Shown: one piece after another, positions 27,453-35,387 of the stretch
Numbering within the stretch: position 1 is the stretch's first letter
How the letters are laid out: each line of letters begins with the position of its first letter
Assembly (NCBI GenBank): GCA_963977025.1
Contig: CAXBMW010000002.1
Coordinates: 57,641 to 121,640, forward strand
Direction: 5' to 3'
Source of the DNA: an uncultured Balneolaceae bacterium
Lineage (GTDB): Bacteria; Bacteroidota; Rhodothermia; Balneolales; Balneolaceae
DNA: 64,000 nucleotides
Translations under genes and position numbers: made by a program
Notes under the pieces: generated by a model
Database searches by the model: none
The model's input: the letters and a program-made list of their open reading frames with translations, nothing else
What the model was told of the DNA's origin: nothing

Positions 27453-30371
27453 ATGAAACAAGACTCAATTCTTTTACATAACAACATTCTAAATACTTTA
27501 CCAGTTGGTGTACTAGCACTGAATAGAACCGGCAAAGTAATATTTGTGAATTCTAAAGCTAATTCGATCCTCAAAATCGATGCTAAAGATTTACTAGGGG
27601 AGTACTATTCCTCTCTACCGTTTAGGTGCTATAATCAAGATGGTCAAGCTTCATCCGATTCAGAAATCCCATTTCTTAAAGTTTTAGAAGCTAAAAAACC
27701 CATTTCGGATGTTGTGGCTCTTGTTAGCTCAACCTCTACAATAAAAGTATGGGTAAAGATTAGCTTAACGCCCACTTTAGATAGCTCAGAGAACGTTTCA
27801 TCTGTTATCGTTTCATTTGAAGAAACAGCTCAACCCAAAGACTCTACAAACAACGATCTTAATTCAGAACTCGATAATATTGTTCAGCTTATTCCGGATA
27901 TTATTTTAAAAGTAAACCACTTAAATCAGTTTATCTATTGCCATTCTAATAATCCTGAAGATTTATTATTTCCAATAGACACATTTTTAGGAAAAAATAT
28001 CGGTGAAGTATTTTCTGGTGAAATGCTAAGTCTGTTGGAAGACAATATTAAGGAAGTAAGAAATACTAAGGATATAGTTTTATTCGAATATGAATTAGAA
28101 GTACAAGCAGGTAGGAGCTTCTGGTTTGAAGCTCGCCTGATGCTAAGTAATGATAAAGAAGTAATGTTTATTATTAGAAATATTACTGAACAAAAACTTG
28201 TTGAATTACAGCTTAAGCTTGAAAAACAACTCTTAGAGACTACAATAAAGAGCTTACCTGGTATTTTCTATTTATATAACGAGAAAGGAGAGTTTTTAAA
28301 ATGGAATGAGAATTTTGAAAAAGTAACGGGATATACTAGCGAAGAAATGCTTCTTTTACACCCATTAGATTTATTTGATGAAGATGAAAAAGAGTTGCTT
28401 ACACAGAAAATAGGAAATGTTTTTGAGAGTGGAGAAGATAGTGTAGAAGCAAATTTCATGGCGAAAGATGGCAGTAAAACCCCCTTCTACTTTACTGGTA
28501 CAGCACTTGAGTATAATGGAGAAATGTGTTTACTCGGAGTTGGAATTGACATAAGTGAACAAAAAAGAGCGGAAGAAGAACGCATTAAATCTGAGAGTCG
28601 ATTTAAAGGCCTCGTTGAAAATTCAAGCTCAGGAATGGCAATATTTTCTTCAGAAGTTGAACTTAAATACATTTCTCCAGCGTTAAAAAGAATACTTGGC
28701 TATTCTGTTAAAGAATTCGCAGAAGTTAACGCCAATACGCCAATGTTACATCCCGATGATAATTCATTGTTATACAGTAGTTTTGAAAAAGTATTAATAG
28801 GTGATGGCCCTTCTACTTTTGTAGTTAGATTAAAAAATAAAGTAGGGAATTGGTGCTGGGTTGAGACAACGCTTACAAATATGCTTACCAACCCTGCAAT
28901 AAATGGTGTTGTTTCAAACTTCAGAGATGTTACAGAGCAAGTACATGCAGAAGAGAAACTTCAAAAAGCTTTGCAGGAACTTCAAACACACCTTCTCAAT
29001 ACACCTCTTGGAGTTGTTGAGTATAATCAAGATTTAGTAATCACACGATGGTCAAAAAAATGTGAGGATATTTTTGGTTGGTCCTCAGATGAAGTTCTAG
29101 GAAAAAACATTTCTGGCTTTGATTTTATTTACGATGAAGACCTTAAAAAAGCCCAAAAAACATCAAAATCCCTACTAAGTTCTAAGGTAGACGGAAATAT
29201 TTCTACCAATAGGAATTATACAAAAGATGGCAGGGTCATAGATTGTAACTGGTATAATTCTGTAATGAAAGATGATGAAGGGAAAGTAACGAGTATCATG
29301 TCTTTAGTTGAAGACATCACTGCCGCAAAAAAAGCCGAACAAGAAGTTGTTAGGAATGAAAAAAGGCTTTCGCATCTGATAAGTAATTTGCCTGGTATTG
29401 TTTACCGTTGTAGAAATGATGAAAGTTGGACTATGCATTATATAAGTGAAGCCTGTAATAATTTATTAGGCTTCACATCTGAAGATTTAGTAAATAATAA
29501 ATTGATCAGCTTCAATAGTGTTATCCATGAGGATGATAGAGTAAGGGTTAGAAAGGAAGCTCAAAAAGCACTAAAGAAAAATCAACGTTATGAGTTAAAT
29601 TATAGAATAGTTACTAAGAGTGGTGAGATACGCTGGGTGTGGGAAAAGGGTGGAGCAGTACAGAGTTTGTCTGAAGATGAACTTATTTTAGAAGGTTTTA
29701 TCCAAGATATTACAAAAGAACATATTGCTCAGGTCGCACTAGAGAAGAGGGATAATGAAAAATCATTTCTGTTGTCTGAAATTCATCATAGAGTAAAAAA
29801 TAATTTAGCCGTTGTTTCTGGTTTAATGCAGTTACAAGCGTTAGAAAGTAAAGAAAAGAATACTAGAGATGTACTACTAGATAGTGTGGGTAGAATTAAG
29901 TCTATTGCTGTTATTCATGAGCATCTATACACCTCAGAAGACTTTAGCAGTATTCGATTTGACGAGAACATCAAGAAATTGGTTCAGAATATCGAAGCTG
30001 TAATGAGGTCAGAAAAAAATATAGTAACAGCTTATAACTTGGAACCCGTAGAACTGGACATCAATCAGGCTGTTCCCTGCGCCCTAATAGTAAATGAGAT
30101 TGTAACAAATATTTATAAACATGCTTTTGTACAAAAAGAGAATGGAAAAATTCAAATATCCAGTTCTGAAGAGAAAGGGTTTGTTACTTTAATTATACAA
30201 GATAACGGTGTGGGTTTAAATAAAGAGAAACTTGAAAATGAAGAAACTACTTCGTTAGGTATGAAATTGATTGAGGTGGTAACACTTCAGTTGAATGGGA
30301 AATTAACCATAGATGGAAGTAACGGAACAATCGTAAAAATAGAATTTGCTAAACAAGAAATTAACAATTAA
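27453..30371 (+). CDS. Cytoplasmic multi-PAS sensor histidine kinase (HisKA_2 + HATPase)
   Basis: It has no TM segments and about seven PAS-like modules. The H-box is EIHHRVKNNLAVVSGLMQLQ, and the ATPase motifs are NEIVTNIYKHAF and DNGVGL. It shares a two-PAS cassette with the kinase at 14868..17918. Confidence 0.9.
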   Translation: MKQDSILLHNNILNTLPVGVLALNRTGKVIFVNSKANSILKIDAKDLLGEYYSSLPFRCYNQDGQASSDSEIPFLKVLEAKKPISDVVALVSSTSTIKVWVKISLTPTLDSSENVSSVIVSFEETAQPKDSTNNDLNSELDNIVQLIPDIILKVNHLNQFIYCHSNNPEDLLFPIDTFLGKNIGEVFSGEMLSLLEDNIKEVRNTKDIVLFEYELEVQAGRSFWFEARLMLSNDKEVMFIIRNITEQKLVELQLKLEKQLLETTIKSLPGIFYLYNEKGEFLKWNENFEKVTGYTSEEMLLLHPLDLFDEDEKELLTQKIGNVFESGEDSVEANFMAKDGSKTPFYFTGTALEYNGEMCLLGVGIDISEQKRAEEERIKSESRFKGLVENSSSGMAIFSSEVELKYISPALKRILGYSVKEFAEVNANTPMLHPDDNSLLYSSFEKVLIGDGPSTFVVRLKNKVGNWCWVETTLTNMLTNPAINGVVSNFRDVTEQVHAEEKLQKALQELQTHLLNTPLGVVEYNQDLVITRWSKKCEDIFGWSSDEVLGKNISGFDFIYDEDLKKAQKTSKSLLSSKVDGNISTNRNYTKDGRVIDCNWYNSVMKDDEGKVTSIMSLVEDITAAKKAEQEVVRNEKRLSHLISNLPGIVYRCRNDESWTMHYISEACNNLLGFTSEDLVNNKLISFNSVIHEDDRVRVRKEAQKALKKNQRYELNYRIVTKSGEIRWVWEKGGAVQSLSEDELILEGFIQDITKEHIAQVALEKRDNEKSFLLSEIHHRVKNNLAVVSGLMQLQALESKEKNTRDVLLDSVGRIKSIAVIHEHLYTSEDFSSIRFDENIKKLVQNIEAVMRSEKNIVTAYNLEPVELDINQAVPCALIVNEIVTNIYKHAFVQKENGKIQISSSEEKGFVTLIIQDNGVGLNKEKLENEETTSLGMKLIEVVTLQLNGKLTIDGSNGTIVKIEFAKQEINN

Positions 30372-30412
30372 GATTAGTTTTAATAAGCAAAAAAACCTCT
30401 TAGATTAGCTAG

Positions 30413-30853
30413 ATGGAAAATAATTTAAATATCGAAATACTACTGGTTGAAGACAGCGACCAAGACGCTGAATTGGCAATTAGAGCTTTTAAGAAGAATA
30501 ACATAGCCAACTCCATTGTTAGGCTTAGAGATGGCGAAGCTGCACTAGACTTTATTTTTGCCAGAAATCAATATTCAGATAGAGCTATTACCAACCAGCC
30601 TAAAGTAGTTCTATTAGATCTGAAAATGCCCAAAGTAAATGGGATTGAAGTTCTTCGAGAAATCAGAAATAATGAAAGCACAAAAAACTTACCCGTTGTT
30701 ATGCTGACCTCTTCAAACGCGGAAAAGGATATTGTAGAAAGCTACAAACTTGGAGTTAACAGCTACATTGTAAAACCCGTAAACTTTGAAGGATTCTCGA
30801 ATGCTATTCGGGATATCGGAATGTATTGGGTAGTATTAAACCGAAAGCCATAA
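30413..30853 (+). CDS. Receiver-only response regulator (CheY-like)
   Basis: Has the acidic pocket LLVEDSDQD, the phospho-acceptor context VLLDLKMPKVNG, then LTSS and YIVKP. It has no output domain. It starts 41 nt after the kinase. Confidence 0.9.
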   Translation: MENNLNIEILLVEDSDQDAELAIRAFKKNNIANSIVRLRDGEAALDFIFARNQYSDRAITNQPKVVLLDLKMPKVNGIEVLREIRNNESTKNLPVVMLTSSNAEKDIVESYKLGVNSYIVKPVNFEGFSNAIRDIGMYWVVLNRKP

Positions 30854-30877
30854 AATTGAAAGCTGTGAAGTGACCTA

Positions 30878-32071
30878 TTATTTTTTAATAAGAACTTGTG
30901 TTTGAGCTGCAAATAAATCGAACATAGGCAAGGTGGCCGCTCCTAATGCGGCAGCATCGGCTCCAGCTGTAGCCCCTTGAAATTTAGGGAAGTATTCTTT
31001 TTCAATAATCCGTTTCTCAAACATCATCGCGCTTAGTTCGGTGCATAAATGGTCTACTATATTCTTTGGTAAGCGTCCGCCAATAATAAACATTTCAGGG
31101 TCCATAATATATTCAATGGCTAGAAATGCGGGCACGAGCATTTCTTTAGCTTTGTCTAGCCATGACATAAAATGAGGTTCTTTAGCATCAAAAAGCTTTG
31201 CCAAATCTTCTGGTCTATAAACATCTATCCCAAACTGTTTTAACCAAGCATAAAGTCTACTTAAATTAAAATGTTCTCCAATATGTGGTGCATTAGAAGT
31301 GCATAAAGGGCTAGTTCCTGAAAAAGGAATATAACCTATTTCCCCCGCATTACGTTTATAGCCCTCGTATAAATCTCCATTTATTACTAAACCGCCGCCT
31401 AAGCCAGCGCCAAAAAAAGCATAGTAGAAATTCGAAATATTTTTACCGATTCCGTACCAACGTTCTCCAATGGTGGCAGCAGAAGCGTTATTTTCAAGGT
31501 AGATGGGAACGTCAATATGGTTCTTAAGCATCTTTACAACAGGAACATGCTCCCAATTAGGAAAAGTTTTGGGGTTTACGGTGCTTACGAGAGCATTGTC
31601 AGGACTTATTTCTAATGGGCCAGGAAAACCAATCCCGATTCCGCAAAACTGAGAACTTCCCAATTCTTTTGATTCTAAAAGCTGATTCACGGTAGAGGCC
31701 ATTAGCTCTATTGCTTTGTCGGGGGCTGGGGAGTCTACTTCATAATAGATTTTAGTTTTCACATTTCCAGATAAATCTACCAGAATACCCGTTAAGTGAT
31801 CACGGTTTAAATCTAATCCGATTGAGTATGCTCCAGCAGGATTTACTTCTAAAGTAACGGAGGGTGCCCCTCGACCGTTTTGTAGCTTATGACCTTCAAT
31901 AACGATATTTCGTTCAAGTAATCTGCTTACAATGTTAGAAACGGTTTGTGCGGTAAGGTTTGTAAGCCGAGCTACTTCTGCTCTTGATATTGTACCGTGA
32001 AGTCGTATGGTTTCAAATACAATCCTGTAGTTAAAAGCTTTTGTATAGGTTAGATTCGTTCCAAAAAGCAT
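30878..32071 (-). CDS. ROK-family transcriptional regulator (NagC/XylR-like), divergent from the mannan locus
   Basis: Has an N-terminal wHTH (ISRAEVARLTNLTAQTVSNIVSRLLE) and a sugar-kinase-like fold (GIGIGFPGP, FFGAGLGGGLVING, NAGEIGY). The canonical ROK zinc motif GH...CxCGxxGC is replaced by GEIGYIPFSGTSPLCTSNAPHIGEH. Confidence 0.9.
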   Translation of the reverse strand: MLFGTNLTYTKAFNYRIVFETIRLHGTISRAEVARLTNLTAQTVSNIVSRLLERNIVIEGHKLQNGRGAPSVTLEVNPAGAYSIGLDLNRDHLTGILVDLSGNVKTKIYYEVDSPAPDKAIELMASTVNQLLESKELGSSQFCGIGIGFPGPLEISPDNALVSTVNPKTFPNWEHVPVVKMLKNHIDVPIYLENNASAATIGERWYGIGKNISNFYYAFFGAGLGGGLVINGDLYEGYKRNAGEIGYIPFSGTSPLCTSNAPHIGEHFNLSRLYAWLKQFGIDVYRPEDLAKLFDAKEPHFMSWLDKAKEMLVPAFLAIEYIMDPEMFIIGGRLPKNIVDHLCTELSAMMFEKRIIEKEYFPKFQGATAGADAAALGAATLPMFDLFAAQTQVLIKK

Positions 32072-32266
32072 AGATAAGGAAAACTAATTACGTGGTAAAT
32101 CTTAATTTAGGCAATTAACTAAAATAATTTGAGTAAGTCATCTTTTATATATAAAAAAGTGGGTATCCACCTGCTAATTGTAATTATTTATTATAAAGTC
32201 AATTGAATGGACAAATTAATTTTGAATTAAGTTTTCATTTTCTTAATGTTGGATTAATAAATAAAA

Positions 32267-32286
32267 TGAATTGATTAATTAATTCA
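32267..32286. promoter_or_regulatory. Near-perfect 20-bp AT-rich palindrome TGAATTGATTAATTAATTCA (candidate ROK operator)
   Basis: 18 of 20 positions are self-complementary. It lies in the 281-bp divergent region between the ROK gene and the TonB receptor, 67 nt upstream of the receptor ATG. Confidence 0.3.
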
Positions 32287-32352
32287 GATCCTAAAAAGCG
32301 CTGGCCTTATATAGAGCCCAAAACCAATTTGTAAAACGCCTAAAAACTAGTT

Positions 32353-35346
32353 ATGTACACAGGAAAGACCCAAAAAAAGGCATTTTTGCTCGCATTCTCA
32401 TTTCTGCTATTCATTCAATCAGCTACAGTATTAGCCTCGCCTTCTTTTTTTGGGGGTATGGAAGCGCTTTTAAAAAATGAAAAGGTTACTGATCGACTTT
32501 TTAGCACGAAAGTAAAAGGTAAAATTTTAGAGGTGGGTACTAAAGAACCTTTGATTGGTGCAAGTGTTATGATAAAAGGCACCATTAAAGGAGATGCAAC
32601 CAATGCCGATGGTGAGTTTACAATTAACAATGTTGATTCGGGTACTCAAACTTTAGTAGTGTCGTATATAGGCTATAACAGTAAAGAAATTCTGATTGAA
32701 CTAACTGATGATGAAGACTTTTATTTAGAGGTTGAGCTAGAGTGGAAAGGTTTTGAAGGAGAGGAGGTTATAGTTTCTGCACAAGTTAAAGGACAAGTAG
32801 CAGCTATAAATCAACAACGTTCATCAAATACAATTTCTAATATTGTTTCTAAAGATAGAATATCAGAGTTGCCAGATGTGAATGCCGCGGAATCTATTGG
32901 GCGATTGCCAGGAGTGTCTTTACAACGTTCAGGAGGGGAAGCTAATAAAATTGTAATTCGAGGGCTATCACCTAAATACAATACGGTTACAATTAATGGG
33001 ATGCGTGTTCCTTCTACAGATACGCAAAACCGAAGTGTTGATTTATCACTTATTTCTAGCAATATGCTAGATGGAATAGAAGTAACCAAAGCGTTAACAC
33101 CTGATAAAGATGGGGATGCTTTTGGAGGAACGGTTGACCTTAAAATCCGAAATGCTTCAGAAGGACTTTCTGGAGATTTTCAAATGCAGGGTGGCTATAC
33201 AGCTCTTCAGAATACCTACAATAACTATAAGTTTGTTGGTTCTTTAGGGAATAGGTTTTTTGATAACAAATTGGGTGTAATAGTCAATTTTAACACCGAT
33301 CAGTATGATCGTAGTGGTGATTTTTTAAGTGCTAGTTTTGACCCTAGGCTTGTGGGTAGTGAAAATATAATTATTCCTCAAACCTTAACTTTAACGGAGC
33401 AGTCTCTTACAAGAAGTCGTTTGGGTGGAAGCGCTATTATAGATTATAAAATTCCTCAAGGTAAAATTGTATTAAACAGTATTTACAATAAACTAACTAA
33501 CGATGGTTTTACAAGAGTGAATGAGCTCAACTATGAGCGACAGCTTCACAAGTACAGAATGACCGAGGGTTATAATGATACTTATATCACTGCAAATAGC
33601 ATAAATGTAGAACAAGATTTTGACTGGATTCAATATGATGTAGGTGTTTCATATACGCAATCATCCAGTAAAAGCCCAGAAGATTACGAATCTGAGTTTA
33701 TGGAAGAGAATGCAAATGTACAATCGACCAAAGAGGACACTTTAAGCCCAAAAGATTTATCGGGTTTGTTTTATAACAGTATTGATAATACAGGTCTCTT
33801 TGGATTAAGTAAAAAATGGAGAGAAACAAAAGAAGATGAAACTGGAGCTTTTGCCAATGTTAAATTTCCATTTCAGTTCAACAAGCAAGTTGTTGGGTAT
33901 GTAAAATTTGGAGGAAAGTATAGAAGCTTAACCCGTTCCAATGACCAAACAGACTTATCTTCAGGATCAGGCCCATATTACGGTGGTGGTTCAGGTATTC
34001 GAAATATAATAGCAGCAGCTTATCCAGATAAAAATTTAGCTGGATTAGCTAAAATACCACTTTCAGCATTTCAAGGAAGTTACTCTAATAAGAACTTTCT
34101 AAGTGGTGATTATCCCCTTGGTTATACTATAGATCCAAAGTATATGAGGGAGCTTACCGAGCTAGCAATTGACGAAGGATTTATGAAGTATTTTCGTAAT
34201 GGTTCTCTAGGGCAAGATTACGAAGGAGAGGAGGAGTTCCGCGCTTTATATGGAATGACTGAAATTAACTTTGGTGATTATGTGACATTTATGCCAGGTA
34301 TTCGTTGGGAAGATGAAAAAACCGCTTATACTGCTAAGTATTCTACAGCAATAGACCCAGCATTAGGGGTTCCATTAGAAAGTGTAGCCTATCGTGATAC
34401 CTCAACGTCACGATCGAATAGTTTTTTACTACCTATGGTCCACTTACAAATTAAACCAGTAAGTTGGGTGAACCTGCGTTTAGCGTATACACAAAGTATA
34501 TCTAGACCTGATTTCCGTGAGTTCGCACCAATAACCTATTTTAGTTTTATTGGAAACTATGCTAATGCGCCAAATAAAGATTTAGAAACCTCAAAATCTA
34601 TTAATTATGACGCGTCGTTATCAGTATATAGAAACAAGTTAGGCTTTTTTACGGCTTCTGTATTCTATAAAGAAATTGAAGATTTAATCTGGGGGATTAC
34701 ATTTTATGACGTTCCTGGGCAGCAAATATTACCAGAACTAGAAATTGCTGAAGCAGCTGGAAAACCGATTAAAATAAACACGGTTATTAACAATCCTAAC
34801 AAAGCTACGTTAAAAGGATACGAGTTAGATTGGCAAACTAACTTCTGGTATTTACCAAGTGTATTTAAAGGTTTGGTACTTAATGTGAATTACACTCACA
34901 TTAAGTCTGAAACAGAAATCCCTTCTTTCACAATAGAGGAAGTTCCAATTGTTCCAGCTCCTCGAAGACCACCATTTTCTACTTTTGCACTTAACGACAC
35001 TACCTATACAAGAACTCTTAGAGATCAGCCAAGTGATATCTTAAATCTTACCGTAGGTTATGATGTGAAAGGTTTTTCAGCTCGTGTTTCTCTGTTCTAC
35101 CAAGTAGGAACAACACTTAGTACGGGAGAGAGAGATGGTGCTTTCGATGATACATTCAAAGAAGATTACTACCGAATTGACGTATCGTTAAAGCAACAAT
35201 TACCTAAGAACTTTCAAGTCTATGCCAATTTTAACAACCTAAATGGGGCAGGAGACGAAACTTACCAATCACCGACATACAAATATCCTACCAACCAACA
35301 GTTTTATGGTTTTACCATGGATCTTGGCGTTCGATATAAGTTTTAA
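32353..35346 (+). CDS. SusC/RagA-like TonB-dependent receptor (carboxypeptidase-regulatory-like domain, plug and barrel)
   Basis: The N-terminal CarboxypepD_reg-like domain reads VKGKILEVGTKEPLIGASVMIKGTIKGDATNADGEFTINNV...SYIGYNSKEI. Plug motifs are present (RISELPDVNAAESIGRLPGV, IRGLSPKYNTVTINGMRV). The barrel ends in the aromatic terminus GVRYKF. Confidence 0.9.
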   Translation: MYTGKTQKKAFLLAFSFLLFIQSATVLASPSFFGGMEALLKNEKVTDRLFSTKVKGKILEVGTKEPLIGASVMIKGTIKGDATNADGEFTINNVDSGTQTLVVSYIGYNSKEILIELTDDEDFYLEVELEWKGFEGEEVIVSAQVKGQVAAINQQRSSNTISNIVSKDRISELPDVNAAESIGRLPGVSLQRSGGEANKIVIRGLSPKYNTVTINGMRVPSTDTQNRSVDLSLISSNMLDGIEVTKALTPDKDGDAFGGTVDLKIRNASEGLSGDFQMQGGYTALQNTYNNYKFVGSLGNRFFDNKLGVIVNFNTDQYDRSGDFLSASFDPRLVGSENIIIPQTLTLTEQSLTRSRLGGSAIIDYKIPQGKIVLNSIYNKLTNDGFTRVNELNYERQLHKYRMTEGYNDTYITANSINVEQDFDWIQYDVGVSYTQSSSKSPEDYESEFMEENANVQSTKEDTLSPKDLSGLFYNSIDNTGLFGLSKKWRETKEDETGAFANVKFPFQFNKQVVGYVKFGGKYRSLTRSNDQTDLSSGSGPYYGGGSGIRNIIAAAYPDKNLAGLAKIPLSAFQGSYSNKNFLSGDYPLGYTIDPKYMRELTELAIDEGFMKYFRNGSLGQDYEGEEEFRALYGMTEINFGDYVTFMPGIRWEDEKTAYTAKYSTAIDPALGVPLESVAYRDTSTSRSNSFLLPMVHLQIKPVSWVNLRLAYTQSISRPDFREFAPITYFSFIGNYANAPNKDLETSKSINYDASLSVYRNKLGFFTASVFYKEIEDLIWGITFYDVPGQQILPELEIAEAAGKPIKINTVINNPNKATLKGYELDWQTNFWYLPSVFKGLVLNVNYTHIKSETEIPSFTIEEVPIVPAPRRPPFSTFALNDTTYTRTLRDQPSDILNLTVGYDVKGFSARVSLFYQVGTTLSTGERDGAFDDTFKEDYYRIDVSLKQQLPKNFQVYANFNNLNGAGDETYQSPTYKYPTNQQFYGFTMDLGVRYKF

Positions 35347-35387
35347 TCAAATAACCAACACACAAATCTCAATAAAAGGAGACAATT

